Source of the DNA: Rhynchobatus australiae
Lineage: Eukaryota
NCBI GenBank assembly: GCA_034780895.1
Contig: JAUZTB010000098.1
Span: 84,719,738-84,783,737, forward strand
Length of the DNA: 64,000 nucleotides
Direction of reading: 5' to 3'
The position numbers were made by a program, and so were the translations under genes. Below, one piece after another: positions 12,359-26,154 of the stretch (its first letter is position 1; every line of letters begins with the position of its first letter). Below the pieces are notes generated by a model that did no database searches, was not told the DNA's origin, and worked only from the letters and a program-made list of their open reading frames with translations.

Positions 12359-13813
12359 AAAAGCACACAGTGCATCCCAACAATACTCATAAGCTTATGA
12401 CATCCAGAGACTAATTCACAGACATCCACAGACTAAATTATCTCACTGTTGTTACATTAGCCTTGAAACAAGCCAAGCCAAACCAGAATATCCACTCCCT
12501 CTACCATCATTGCATGCTAATAACAGTGTGTACTACCTTCCAGATGCACTGCAGCACATTGCCAACACTTTTTTGACAACACCTCCCAAATCTGCAATAC
12601 CCATGCTCAAGAACAAAATGGGAAGCAGGTACATACGAATACTGCCACCTCCAGTTTTCATACAAACATATGAATTAGGAGCAGAAGTACTCAGCATCTG
12701 CAGAATTTCTTGTGCCTCCATCAACCTTCAAGCCTGCTGCACTATTCAATGAGACCACGGCTGATCCAACTATATCTTCAATTCTACGCTTCTGTTTAAC
12801 TCAAGAGTCAATCTACCTCTGCCTTAAAAATTATTCAAAGGCTTTGCTTTGATTGCCCTTTGAAGAAGGGAGTTCCAGAGACTAACGACGCTCAGAGAAA
12901 AGATTTTGTCACATCTCTGCCTTAAATGGACAACCCCTTATTTTTTTAACAGTGATTTCAAGTTCAAGATTCTCTCACAGGAGGAAACATCCTCTCCACA
13001 TCCACCTTGCCAAGACCCCTAGGTCATACATAATCCTCATTTAAAAACATGTTGCCTGCATTGTTACCGGATCAAGACCAAGGTAGTCTCTAGCTGTTAA
13101 CATTATGAAACTGTGAAAGCATTGTCACTGCACTTTCCACAGAGGTTCAGGAATGAGGTATTTCACTATCTTCTTAAGGCAACTAGGGACATGCAATAAA
13201 TGTTGGTCTTTCCAGTAATGCTCACATCTTGTGAATAAAAAGCTAAGAAAATTCTTGTGATCCCAGGAATCTCAGGTAGTTTGGGGAGAATGAAGTTTTG
13301 ATACAATTGGCCTCTGCCTCATTTTCCCTTCTCTGTCCCTGAGAACATTCCCCACTGAGACCAAAGAGGAATAGAATTATAGAATCATAGAAAATTTATG
13401 ACAATGAAGAAGGCTATTTTGCACTTCATGCCTGTGTTTCATCTACCAAGCTTTCATGCAGTGAGTTCCAGACCCTGACTAACCTCTGGCTGAAATTTTT
13501 TTCCCTAATCTGTCCTTTAATCCTTCTACCATTTACTTAAAGTCTATGTCCCCTAGTTTTTGATCCTATATTTAGGGAAGGAACATTTATTTTTCATTGC
13601 CTAAATGAACACTTAAGACTATTCTAGAGAAAACCAGGAACGATATTGATTTTCTGATCTTTATATTGAATGCAGGACCTGGTATATCTTCTCCATCCTA
13701 TCATATCTTTACCTTCCCTTGATTAATTTGATCTGCACCACCATTAACCCAAAACCTGATTTCTGTTGATTGGTGCCAGCTTCAATGTAACTTGTCTACT
13801 TTTGTCTCTGCAG

Positions 13814-13949
13814 ACTGATGTGATGCACCAGAGCGTGTACGACTTCATCCATGTCGACGATCGACAGGAGTTCCAGAGGCAGCTACACTGGGCCATGAAT
13901 CCACTGCAGCAGGTGTCTGGGCAGGATCCTCCGGGGCAGGGAACTAACA
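13814..13949 (+). CDS. AHRR: AHRR coding exon (PAS-A), [45 protein letters not shown]
   Basis: Acceptor tctctgcag, donor A|gtgagt; 136 nt. TDVMHQ, HVDDRQ and LHWAM are AHRR-type residues rather than AHR-type. Confidence 0.95.
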
Positions 13950-14504
13950 GTGAGTACATTCAAACTATTTCCTTCTCATAGTGTAAAGTCAAGTGCAAGG
14001 AGTGTCCCTTGGATTTTACAGTCATAGTAAAAGACTAGTTTGTGATTGCATGCCATTCATTTTTCATAGCACATTTTGGCAAACATATGGATTTCTAGAT
14101 TACTTCAGCTGATATTAAGAGTCCACAGAAAGCATGAGATGAAATCTAGTGTAGCTCAAGGTCACCTCAGGCTTGAAGATAAGGAGCCCATTGGATGTGA
14201 GTCACTTTGACTTTTACTTCCCTCCTAATATTCAGTTGCATTGACTTTGAATGAAAAGATGATGTTCAGTGGCCTACCAATTCCCTATTGCCCATTTTGG
14301 ACTCTCATACATTCAAAATGACGTCCAGTGGTAGGTTTATATTGTAAACTGTTAATTTTCAAGGTTGCCCCAAAGAACTAGCCTACAAATTATAGACAGA
14401 TTAAATATTAATTTCTATGATTAGTGTTTGGGGACTGGGGAAGTGGATTGTGGTGGTTGATGGAGGTCTAAACTCACAATTTCTTTGAGATTTAAATGAT
14501 AAAT

Positions 14505-14885
14505 TATGTCAGTTTGGCTCAGTTGATCTCATTTCTAGGTCAGGAGATTTTGGGTTCAAGCTCCATTTCAGGACTTGAGCCCAAAATCTAAACAGACAAC
14601 TCATTACAGTATTTGGTGAATATTGCTTAGTCTGAGGCCCTATTGCTTCGCCTGAGGGATATTAAATTGGCATCAGACCTGTCTATAAAGCTGGATGTTA
14701 AAGATCCTGCAGATCTATTTGAAATGGAGCAGAGGGAATGTTCCTCCATCTCAGCCAACGTTCTTCCCTTGAGCTATACCACTAAGATGAATTGCATTCA
14801 AAATGATTGCTGTTCAGTCATGAATCAATAATGATTATAATTCATTTGACATAAAGCACTTTGGGATGTTCTCAAATGTGTGATA
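14505..14885 (+). mobile_element. Ancient DeuSINE/SacSINE1-like SINE remnant
   Basis: tRNA-like head (tggctcagttg...tgggttcaag), core gatgttaaagatcc...ctatttgaaa..gagcag..gggaatgttc, and tail taaagcactttgggatgttc. Confidence 0.55.
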
Positions 14886-15616
14886 TTGTACTACATAAAA
14901 CAAAAATGCACAATGAGTCCCATTCTATGAGTTTGGACGATATAAAAATAGTTATGGAATAGATTGTGATGTATGCTTAGCAGCACCTCTCTAGCCTGGG
15001 AATCAAACATATTTTCCAATAGCATTAATTTTTCATAAAAGCAGGATTGATCAGCGAGGGGGGAAAAAGGCACAGGAAACCATGGCATTATGAGATTAGA
15101 AACCCTAGACCACACCTCCACACTTACCATCACTCTCCTGCCTGGTTATAAGAAAAAGGGGGCTGGGAGGCCATTGCTAATGGAAAAGTCCCCAGCACTA
15201 GGATAGGTCTGTACTGAGGAAGTCATGGCGGGCAGGGTGGAGGGATGGGAGGGGAAATCTGAGGCAGATGAAACTCAAGATTTCCATGTTGAGCCATTTG
15301 GCTTATTTCTAGTTCCTGCTCCTCATACTGATGGGTTTGGTTTGACATGGGAACCAGAAGGTTTCCTTGAGCAGACTTGAAGCTATGATTGGAGTCTATT
15401 CTTCAGTGTCCCACTGCTCCTGGTAAGTGTTCTGCTCATGTGCTAAATAAGTATGGTAATACAAGAATCTACAGGAGCCTACAGTATCAGAGAGAATATG
15501 TTGGAAGGAGCAGGTAAATAAGTTTAATATTTAGCAGATTTGTGAATCTCTGTGTAAAGAAATGAGAATCAACTCTTTCCAATGCAATGTCTGCTCACTC
15601 CCACACAGTGTTCAGA

Positions 15617-15637
15617 TCTCTCTCTCTCTCTCTCTCT
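15617..15637. repeat. (TC)n microsatellite
   Basis: About 10 TC units, read directly. Confidence 0.95.
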
Positions 15638-15769
15638 AACTTGTGATGAGTAGAGTTCAATATTACTGTTAGGTCTCCAATGCTTTATCCAGATGGACAA
15701 GGTTGATATTTATTCCAAGACCATTACCATCATCAAACTATCTAATTATGAATGTTATGGAAACCTATC

Positions 15770-15960
15770 CTCAGAATCAGGTTTATTATCAATGGGCATG
15801 TGTCATGAAATTTGTTGTTTAGTGGCAGCAGTAGAGCGCAAGACATATAAAAAAATTACTGTAGGTTACAAAAATAAATAAATAGTGCAAAAGAGGAATA
15901 ATGAGGTAGCGTTCATGGACCATTCAGAAATCTGATGGCAGAGGGGAAGAAGCTGTTCCT
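15770..15960 (-). mobile_element. Rex1-type LINE 3' tail fragment
   Basis: cagaatcaggtttattatc... to ...atggcagaggggaagaagctgttcctg, the same architecture as the other Rex1 tails in the window. Confidence 0.6.
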
Positions 15961-16865
15961 GCTTGCCAATCCAAGCTAGAGCTGTAATACGCAGGACAGA
16001 TAAAACTTCAAAAGTAGTAATGAGTGACTTTCATCATTATAGATACATTTCAGGATGTCCTTCCAGTTTTATTGCATTTGTTATCATCTCCAGATTGTAA
16101 AGATTGACAGTTCTTTTAAATCAGTGGAAGTGATCTTGAAGGGGACCAGTGGATTAGAATTCATTTAGTGGCTCCAGAAACATAATTCTCTCTCCCCCCA
16201 TGGGTGCTGCCCGTTCCACAGAGTATTTCCAGTATTTTTTTTGTTTGTTTTTGAAAATTTTTCATGAATTATTTGTAGGAGCATGCTAGAAGTTGGATTT
16301 ATTTTTGTATTCCTCCTTCAGGATGGGGATATCACGAGCAAGGCCAGATATGTTGTCTGTCCCTAACTATGCTTGAGAACTTCTTCTAGCGAAGGCACTC
16401 CCACTATGTTATTAAGAAGGGATATCAACCCAGCAGTGATGAAGGAGCATATCGTATGTGACTTGGAGGGGAACCTGCAGATTGTGGTATTCTAGTGCAT
16501 CCGCTGCCTGTATTCTTCCTGGTGGTAGAGGTCGTATGTTTGGTAGGTGCTGTCGATGTGGCCTAGATGGCTGTATTGTGTGGATAGTGCACACTGGCAC
16601 TATTGGCAGAGGGAATGAATGTTTAAGGTGGTGCTTGGGGTATCAGTCAAGTAGATTGCTTCATACTGGATGTAAAACAAGTAAAACTGCAGATGCTGGA
16701 ATCTGAAACAAAAACAGAAAACACTGAAAGTTGGTCTAGCAGTATCTGTGGAAAGAAAAAAAAACNNNNNNNNNNNNNNNNNNNNNNNNNNNNNNNNNNN
16801 NNNNNNNNNNNNNNNNNNNNNNNNNNNNNNNNNNNNNNNNNNNNNNNNNNNNNNNNNNNNNNNNN

Positions 16866-17165
16866 TGAAATATCAAAAGCAAGAAGGCATAGGTTTATGG
16901 TGTGAGGAAGGCATTTTAAAGGGCACCTGAGGGGGTAAATTTTTTACACAGAGAGTGACTGATATCTGGAACATGCTGCCGGAGGAGATGGTGGAATCAG
17001 ATACAATTGCCACATTTAAGAGACATTTAGACAGATACTAAATAGACAAGGCACAGAAGGATACAATCTTAATGCAGACACATGGGATTAGTGTAGAGGA
17101 GTAGAAAGGTCGGCAAGGATGTGGTGGGCCAAAGGGCCTGTTTCTGTGCTGTATGACTCTATGAC
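16866..17165 (+). mobile_element. CR1/HER1-type LINE 3' end
   Basis: ggcataggttta...ttttacacagagagtg...ggaac..gctgcc...catttaagagacatttagacag...gggccaaagggcctgtttctgtgctgtatgactctatgac; has the CR1-type short tandem tail. Confidence 0.8.
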
Positions 17166-17215
17166 AGATGATCTTCTGGTGCTCGATGTGTGATAGTGCT
17201 CTCATCCAATTTTAG

Positions 17216-17343
17216 GTGAAGAGTATCTGGGCTCTTTCAAAGCTTATGACCCAAAAGTTCTGCCACCGGAATTTTCTCCATTCCTGAACCGTTGTTTTGT
17301 CATCCGAGTGCGTTGTTTACTGGACAGCACTTCAGGATTCCTG
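17216..17343 (+). CDS. AHRR: AHRR coding exon, (S)[42 protein letters not shown]
   Basis: Acceptor ttttag, donor CTG|gtaggt; 128 nt restores phase 0. [13 protein letters not shown] is the AHRR form (AHR has RLRCLLDNSSGFL). Confidence 0.95.
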
Positions 17344-18892
17344 GTAGGTTAACAGCTGAGGATGACGTGCAAGAGAAAGGAAGTCCATCTGCCAGATGAC
17401 TTAAGATAGAAACAGTGAAGTTAATATTGAGAACCTACAATTTATGCTATGGTGTGGAGTTTTCAATTGCATGTGTCAGATCCATCACAGATCCGTCTGC
17501 AGCCTCACACAGAAGATATGATTGCACAAAGGGACCTTCTACCTACATTAAACGATCACTTGAAAAAATAAAATAATAAATCCAAAATTGTCATTCTTCC
17601 GACCACAGATCGCCCTGTATTTATTTAATAGCAATTAGATTTTGTGGCCTTTATAAAACAGTGCCTTCCCACATCCACCACACCTCCCAACAGGATTAGT
17701 ATTGAGAATGTGGTGTTTTCACTCATTGCAGCCCAGGTAATTACCTGTCTGATGTGATATTCATGTAGCTTAAAGTTAACTAATTGATGGTTTGGGGAAG
17801 ATTTGCATCACTCAGTATGCATCCTTCTGAATAGCTTCTGTGGAGTACCTCCAACTTAAAATCACAGCTCTTTATTTCAACAAGTAACAACTACTGCTAG
17901 CTCACAAAACCAAAAGTGGCAATGAAATGCTGGCGAAGGATATTGCACAGACATTAAAGCAAACTGTACAGCACAGACACAAGCCATTCAATCCAGCTCG
18001 TACATACACATGTACATGCTTTGCAATGAGACTCTTGCTTTGCCTTGTTCATCTTACCATCATGATACCCTTCCATTCCTTCCCATCAATTAGCCTCTCC
18101 CTAAGTACATTAATGATCCTTGCCTCAAATAATCCACATGGATTCAGAGGTTCCACATTATAACCTGGTGATGCAGAACTCTTGTGGGGATAGGGTTAAG
18201 TTGGCAATATGTAACGCTTGCTGTGTCCACTTACATGAAACATACCGTAGTTTAACAGAGCAGCATTCTTCTATCAAAGCCTCTTAGGACTTTTGATACT
18301 TGCTATCAAATTTTTACTTTTTCTCCAACATAATGCTCTCTCCTATGCACATTTACCCCTTGGATCATTCCCTCCTCACTCTCTCTGGTTCTTCCTGCTG
18401 CCTGAACTTCATTTCTTATTTCTCTCTTGCTCCAGTGCACTCCTTGTAGGTCATCTGTAGTTCGATTAGATCATGGATGATCTGTACCTCATAGTTCCAN
18501 NNNNNNNNNNNTTTTCACTCAGTAAAATTTATTGATCTCAATTTTGAAAAATAAAGTTGTCCCAGCACTTTTTTGGAAAAGAGAGTTCAAGAATTCCACT
18601 AACTTTTGTATGAAGGAGCCCTTCTTCACATCATTACTCACCAGCCCATCTCTAGTTTTAAGATTATGCCCTCAGGCTCTGATCTTCATTACCAGAGATA
18701 GTTTCTTTCCATCTCCCCTATCAAATTCTTTAAACATCTCTTTTGAATCACCCTTAGTTATCTTCATTCAAGGGATGACATACCTAGTTTCCTCTTAATT
18801 AATTTCTGTTATCAGATTTCATGTTCATTAACTTTTTTCAATGAGTTCTTTCCTTCTCTAATCCATCTCCCCATCCCCCCTACTCACAATAG

Positions 18893-19095
18893 ACGATGCA
18901 GTTCCAAGGCAGACTAAAGTACCTCCAGGGACAGAGGAAGAAAGACAGGTCTGGTGCTGCCCTTCCACCACAGCTGGGCTTGTTTTGTATCGCTGTACCT
19001 CTGCTGCTCCCATCCATTGGTGAAATGAAGCTGAAGAGCCTGCTCCTCAAGACCAAGCACAAGCTTGATCTCAGCCCCATGACACTTGGTGCAAA
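18893..19095 (+). CDS. AHRR: AHRR coding exon (end of PAS-A, linker, start of PAS-B-like region), [14 protein letters not shown]...[30 protein letters not shown](K)
   Basis: Pyrimidine-rich acceptor ending caatag, donor AA|gtaagt; 203 nt; overlaps ORF 18896..19099. Confidence 0.95.
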
Positions 19096-22000
19096 GTAAG
19101 TAACAAAGTCCCAGTCATCTTGAAATGGCTGCCTGAAAGGGTGGTGGAGCTAGATTCATGAGTAAATTTCAAAAGGGCATTTGATATACATGAGAAAAGG
19201 AAAAGGTTTCAGGCTTTTGAACAAAATCAACAGAAGTGGGACTAATTGAATAGCTCTTCCAAAGAACTAATGCAAACCTTGTTAACCAAATGACCTGCTT
19301 CAGTGCGTTACAAATCAATGATTCTATGAAGTGGGGTTTAATTAATAAAGAAAGTATCTCAGAACAGAAATTGTGTTTACTGTTTGAGATCATTTAGGTC
19401 AATCTAATAGAAGTAGCTTGCAGACAAGCACACAATACAGGTAACCCTGTTGCATGAGTATATTTACTTACTAAGGATCTGCCACACTCATTTAACAAAG
19501 AAATAAGGCAACTATATTAATCTAAAAAAAACACTTGATTTTCATCTTTATATTTTACAAAAATATCCACAAGAAGGCTTAAGTTCACATGAATCTGGTG
19601 TGTAACTGTCAGTGTTGACTTGGGTCCGGTTGTATAGTGATCACATAACTAAACTAGTAATCTAGAGAACATGAATTTGCATTGCATTGGAGGATTTGAG
19701 TTTAGTTTGATAAAATCTGAGCTAAAAAGCTGATGACAGTAAAAGGTTTTAAGAATCAGGATGCCCAGATCTTGGGCTTTGGAATTCACTTTCAGATTGG
19801 AACAGAGGACCATAGATGAAAATGGTTGTGAGATGATAATTCACCAAGGTCATCAATGAAGCTTCGTGACTGCATATAAGGACCACATAAACAGTGATGG
19901 TCTTAATCTGAGGTCTGTTTCAGGGTTAGATAAAGTGCTACCCCTCTCCTTCTGCTGCTAGAGACTCTGATGTGTACTTGGAAGGTGTCCTCCATAACTT
20001 TCCTTTTTACTTATCATTCCCACCTCCTCCCACTCCCACCATCATCTGGCTGAACTACCTAGATGTCCATACCCCATTCTCTAGATAATCCTTCCTCCGA
20101 CCACTGCTGCAGTAACTCTTCCACGATGGTGGGTGATCACATAGGTTGGGCCTGTTCCGCTGTGTACAAGAGCCTTGGGCTTCTGCCTGTTGGACTTGTT
20201 TGGGTATCTTTACTCTAGATCAGAAATGTCCAACAGCTTGCTAATATCCTTTACAGAGTGTACCTGTTACCCACACCAGGTTTGAGGTATCCATATCTCT
20301 GGGGTCACAAACCATCGAGGTTTACTTTTAACTGTGGTGGCTTAGCAAACCATTTAATGATATCAAACTGCTGTTCAAAGAGCAAAGCAGTGGACAATTA
20401 ATGCTGGCCTGACCAGTGACCCCTGTGTAAGTAATAAATAATAAAAATATTTAAAACCCTATAATGGCCCTATTAATCATTCCATATTTATTAATATGAA
20501 TTGCATTTATCATAAGCCAGACTGTCATTTACTTCCTGTGCTTTAATTTCTTTGTGGTGTTGGTTTTTCTTGACCTGTGGGTCTTGTTAAGTGCATAGGA
20601 ATGAAGCTCAAAACTAAGCACAGTGAAATCACCTTTGCTGATCCCAGCTTTTTATTTTCAGATTTTTTTAAAAGTAACTTTAAATTCTCAAAAGGCCATG
20701 TTGGAATTTAAACAATGAACCAAGCCTCTGAACCACTAGCTCAGTAATATAAACACAACAGTATCTGTACTGTATATTGGTAACATTTCTCTGGATGTAG
20801 CAATCAGAAATGGAATGAACACAATAGTTATGATTGCTTTGCTTAGAGATTGGAGTTCACTCTCAGTGTGTGTAGTGCTATTGCCCACTTGAATGTACTG
20901 AAAGCATTGGACAAAATTACTTTAAAGGTTGCACACTGATTCATGGGCTCATAGCCATCACATCACTGCTGTGCTGGACTCTGAGAAGGTGGTCAGACCT
21001 TAAAGAGCCTCTCTGCATGGCAGCCTCAGAACCACTGAGGAAAAGGCTGCCAGAGAGATGAAGGAAAACACAGGCAGATGGAAACAGACAGCATGTAATC
21101 CAATCCACTGATTTGGTCTTATGCAACGAGAGGCCTCACATCACTGCGAGGTTCCAGGCCAGTCTGACGGACATTGCAGCAAACTGCACTGAGGTGCACG
21201 ACCTGAAACTGCCACGGTTACCACAGAGACACGCTGATCCTCCTGGATATGAGCAATGAAAATTTAGGTTGTGGAAGCTGTGAATTAACTGGGAATCATT
21301 TCATTCTCATCTCATTATTGGTCTGCATCAGAGTTTGTTCCCTTTAGTGTAATTGATAAGCAAAACTGTAGGTTGTATCCTTATGCACCAATTTAATTCG
21401 GTAAGCACAGAAATGGCTGCTGTACAAAACTCTGTCCTGAAGCTGCATGACAGCCACTGGGCAAATGTTAGCCACTGAGAGGGAATCGTGCAGAGCAGTG
21501 CCAGGGCCAATTTCCCAATGAGAGCTAATTGACCTGGAAATGATTGCTACTGGGAACTAATGAGAACAAAAGGGCAATGATGCACACAACTTGCACAGAA
21601 GAAACATACACAGATTGCTCCAATTTTGAGGCTGTGGTGTTGCTGCTACTGCCACACCTCCTCCTTCTCCTCCCAGCATCCCACCCTCTCCCCTACCTTC
21701 GCTGATCTCAGATACCAGCAAAACAAGTCGTTAACATTGGAAGTTGTCCTTCAAGGATTCAGCAAGGGTTGGGGGGCATCAGCTGGCTCCCAGAACAATT
21801 AAGGTATCACCTTCACCTCACTCTCTTGAATCCCCACCCCTGACCTATCCTCACATTACCTCATCCCATTCTCCCCCACAGAAACATCTGGGACTGAATC
21901 ATGACCTGGTTCAAGTGTAAAGTGCTGCATCTCACAGGTTATGGAAAACTGGGTTGTGGGGAGTGGGAGGTGGGAAGAGCAGATAATATGATATTGGATA

Positions 22001-24270
22001 AGAGTATCAAGAGATTTGTTACCTGTTGAACATCTCTATCCCTGCTTTCTGAAGGACTCCTGCTTCTTCCTGGCTTTTCCTGCTTAAATGTGATTTATTG
22101 GCCAGTGGCTGAATATTCACTGAAGAGATAAATTCATTTTGTTAAAATTGTGACAGGCAAAACCAAAGTCAGCAGTTTTTTGGCAAGTACAAAAATCACC
22201 TTGCCTGTACACAGGTGATGCCAAGGTCAGTGTTTCAAGCCTTGTCTACTTTCCTTCAGTCCCTTGTCTCTAATTCCAAGTTCCTCACCTTTCCTCCCCA
22301 TATCGAAATATTTCAAAGGAACATTTTCACCAAACAAATGTACAAAGATCAACATCACCATCTGCTGTTGACAACTGGAACTCCACAAGTATTAAACTTG
22401 TAGCAAAAATGAAAAACTACAAAACCCAACAATTATTCTGCTTGGAGATGATTTTTACACCTTTCTTATGGACAACACAATCTTAAGTAAAGTGGTGCCA
22501 CCTCAATTTTGTCCTTGGTTCTATTCATTTTATTTCCTGCTAAACTTGATTCATTGTTTATACCAAACTAAAGCGGTTGGAAATCTGAAATGAAAAGACA
22601 AAATACTGAGCAGGCCTGGCAACATCTGTAGAGAGGAGAAAATGTAAGGTCCTTGCTTCTGACACAACAATGATTTTCATTCCACTGCCAATGGCTTCAG
22701 TGCCTTCAACTGCCGAGGGCCCTAAACTCTGGTATTCCATCTGTAGACCACTCCTCATTTCCAGTTCTCTTTTCTGCTTTAAGATGCTCTCTGAAACCTT
22801 TTTCTTTCACAAAACTTATGCTCATCTCCCCTAATATTTCATTCATTTGCTCAGTGTCAAATTTTGTTTGTTGATTCTTCTCTCATCTGCCTGTAGACCT
22901 GTACAGAACGCACTTTTAATTTTATGTCAGGGTACCTAAGCATATCACAATAACATCTACTTTATAGTTGTGATTTATGTTTTTAAATTGAGTTAAGTGT
23001 GCTGGGTAAATTCAGGTGTTTAAGTCTTTAAGACAGAGTTTAATGTTGTGTGGCATCTCACAGTACATCCAGTGAACTTTTAGCAGAAGTTCATTGTTCA
23101 TGTTGTGAGCCTGACCTTCCAGAGTACCTTTCACAAAAGTTAGGGCTCTGTAGAAGCTGTACACAAGGGAAGATGAAATGACTGAAATGAAATTGGAATG
23201 TCTGAATCTCATGGAGAGTCCAGAGCCAGAGGAATTGATTCCTTATCATCTGGAGCTAAAGATCTCCTTGAGGCAGTATTTTTCTGGTGGTTTTGGTCAG
23301 TGGAACTGCTGCACCTGTTCACCCAGGGCAAACACCCACAATACTTCTACCTAAAACGTGCTAATAGTATTCATCTTGGAAGGTCTGCATCCATGACTTT
23401 GGACAGTCAGGACCCCAAATCACCCTTTTTGTATAATAGAGAAAGTGTCCCAGAACCCAGCCCCAGACTGCAAATTTCTTCAGTTTCCAGCCTTCTCTAC
23501 CATTCAGTTCAATCACAGTTGAGCANNNNNNNNNATCCATCTACCTGCCATGGTACTGAGACCTTTAATGGTCTTCCCTTGCTAAAAACTATTAACCTCA
23601 CCTTTAAATTTTTAAATAACATAGCCCAACAGTTTTTTTTGTGGGAGACAGCTGTAGATTTTCATTATTGTTTGTGCAAAGTATTGTGTCATGACTTCCA
23701 ATTTTAAGGATAAGCCTGCTTATTCTGAACTTCTTAACAAAAGAAATGGTTTCTGTCAACTCTGTCAAATCGTCTTCAACATCTCAAATTACTTCACCCT
23801 TTGTAACCTCTTCTTATAATTAGAGCTTGATTTTTTTTTGCTATTTTTTATTTAAGGTTCTGTTTGGGGGATTTCTTTTTTTATCATGGTAAATTGGGTA
23901 TTTTCAATTATTGAAAAAGTTCATATATTAAGATGCTTCAATTTATAATTTCTGTATAACACAACTAAATTGAAATTGGTTATAGTAACAATTACAGGCC
24001 AGTCCAGGCTTTACCTCAATATCACAAAATCATAATTTTCTTCCATGTCGTTGTACATAGCTTTCGGGTTTTGCCCCATTTCCACTCATGCTTCTTTCAT
24101 CACCATCCTGTCCACAGACAAATAGGACTGGTCAGTATGAGCATTTTTGAAAGGCATGTATGGTCTTTATAAAGCAAAATGAAAGACAGTGTGAATTATG
24201 TATATTTCATATTTATTCATGACACAGTGATTAATTGGTGAAAATAAAATTGATTTTTGAGATTTGATTT

Positions 24271-24390
24271 TCGTGTCCGCGTGGGTTTCCTCCGGGTGCT
24301 CTAGTTTCCTCCCACATTCCAAAGATGGGTTTAAATGGGTGGTGCAGACTCGGGCCAGAAGGGCCTATTACCACGCTGTAAATAAAATGT
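24271..24390 (+). mobile_element. 5'-truncated V-SINE with a CR1/HER1-like tail
   Basis: V-domain cgtgtccgcgtgggtttcctccgggtgctctagtttcctcccacattccaaaga, then gggccagaagggcctattaccacgctgtaaataaa. Confidence 0.75.
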
Positions 24391-24577
24391 TAAAAAATTT
24401 AATTTAATCTCAGTGATGCTTTCTTTCAGCTTTTATATGTTAAAATTTAAAAAAAAATTCAAGCCCCACTTCAGCTACTGAGGTTTGGTGCTCAGAACTG
24501 AACATGCAGCCAAATCCAGTCAAGGAAGAGAATTACATAACTCGAAAGTAACTTGTATCCCTTTGTTATGTACCTAG

Positions 24578-24684
24578 GGGCAAAGCAATTGCAGGATGGT
24601 CAGACACAGAGCACCGAACAAGATCAGGTTGCCATTACCTCCACTTTACGGATGTGCTGTGCCGTGCAGAGAATCAAATCCGAA
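24578..24684 (+). CDS. AHRR: AHRR coding exon (PAS-B-like), GKAIAGWSDTEHRTRSGCHYLHFTDVLCRAENQIR
   Basis: Acceptor tacctag, donor A|gtaagt; 107 nt with phases 2/1, which fits both neighbours. Aligns to AHR [36 protein letters not shown]. Confidence 0.88.
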
Positions 24685-24973
24685 GTAAGTTTGTCCTAAA
24701 CCTCCCTGGCTCTCTCCTCCTAAAACCTGCCTCTTTGATCAAGCTTTTGGACACTATCTCCTGAGGCACCTTGTTGAAATATTTTTATGATGATCACTCC
24801 AGTGAAGCATCTTGGATGTCATACTACTTTAAAAGTGCTGTGTCAGTGGTCGTCAGGTAGATTCTCTGCTCTGCACTCCACGGAGCAAACATTTTCGTAT
24901 GCAGTTATGTACAGGAATCCTGAATGGAGCGACACGGATCATGTTTGTTTCAAAAATGTTCATGTTCCCACAG

Positions 24974-25115
24974 GGATGAACACTGGAGAAAATGGCCTCA
25001 CGGTCTTCAGAGTGCTCACTAAAGAAGGTCAGTGGGTTTGGTTCCAAACTAATGGCCATCTTCCCCATAGGAACAAATCTGCGGAATTTGCCACAGTGCC
25101 TCAAGAGGAACTCAA
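24974..25115 (+). CDS. AHRR: AHRR coding exon (PAS-B-like C-terminal half), (R)MNTGENGLTVFRVLTKEGQWVWFQTNGHLPHRNKSAEFATVPQEEL(K)
   Basis: Acceptor ttcccacag, donor AA|gtaagt; 142 nt. Gap-free alignment to AHR [46 protein letters not shown]. Confidence 0.92.
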
Positions 25116-26154
25116 GTAAGTTAGTTATTTATAAATAGTATTTCTTTTGGAATTGTTCCTCAGTTATAATATCTCTCAGACTCCATGTTGTGTTTGAACA
25201 AGTAAGTAAAACCATTAAAAGAAGTTAAAAAAGGGCACAAACTTTCTTCATATCTGATGATTTATTTCCTAAATCACTTGCAGCAGTACTCTGAGGATTT
25301 ATCTTTAATTCTTGGGAAATCTAGGGTTTTTGCCCAATTGTTTCTAGATGTACTCTAATCTGCAGTTAGTTGTAGCTTCTCAAATCTGTCTGTATTTTAC
25401 CTGGATCTCCATTTTTGAATCCCTCCAATCAAATTTCCTCCATTGTCACAGTATTGAAACAGCTCTATTCAAAGGTGATTGTGATAAAGGTAGCCTTCTC
25501 AACCAGTTTGAGGCCTTTGACACGGTTGACCACACCTTCTGCCTCCAATACCTCAGCACCATTTTACACCTTGATAGGACTACATTTTTATCTATCCAGT
25601 CAAAGTCAGTGAATCACCAGCAATGGCTTCTCATACGATCACGCCAATGGGCTGAAGGGCCTGTTTCCATGCTGTACGATTTAAGACTTTATGCTCCTTA
25701 AGACCTATCTTTCTGGTCAAGCTTCAGGCCAAGTGCCTTAAATCTCCTTATGTGGTTCAGCAGCAGTATTTTTCATAATGCCTCTGTGATCACCCTGGGA
25801 CATGTTTGTTCTATTAAGGGTGTTGTCATCATTGTTTTAACCCTACTCTACCTGAAGTAATGAGATGCTGCTGACTTAATTATTTACTTGTATGTTCTTG
25901 TATCGACAAGTTGTGAAATAATAAGCCCAACAATTTCTAGTCCTAAAATATGTCACGTGTAAGACACTGAAACAAGCAACGCTGAAGCTGACATTATTGA
26001 AAGTGGTTAATGGTTGTGGCTACTTTGACTACTGTTAGTGAATGCTTATTTTAAAAGCAAATATTTAAAGTGTTGGGGAACTGTACGGGAAAACTGGTTA
26101 ATAGCAAGCAGCATGTTGTCTACATGTTATATTCATGGTTCTGATTTCCCACAG

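Noticed and set aside
17160-17215. AG at 17167-17168 just after the CR1 tail, as an alternative acceptor
   Set aside because: Weak pyrimidine tract, and its use would add 47 nt and shift the frame.
20981-21062. LRRWSDLK peptide reminiscent of a Harbinger Myb/SANT motif
   Set aside because: Too short, with no supporting upstream motif or terminal inverted repeats.
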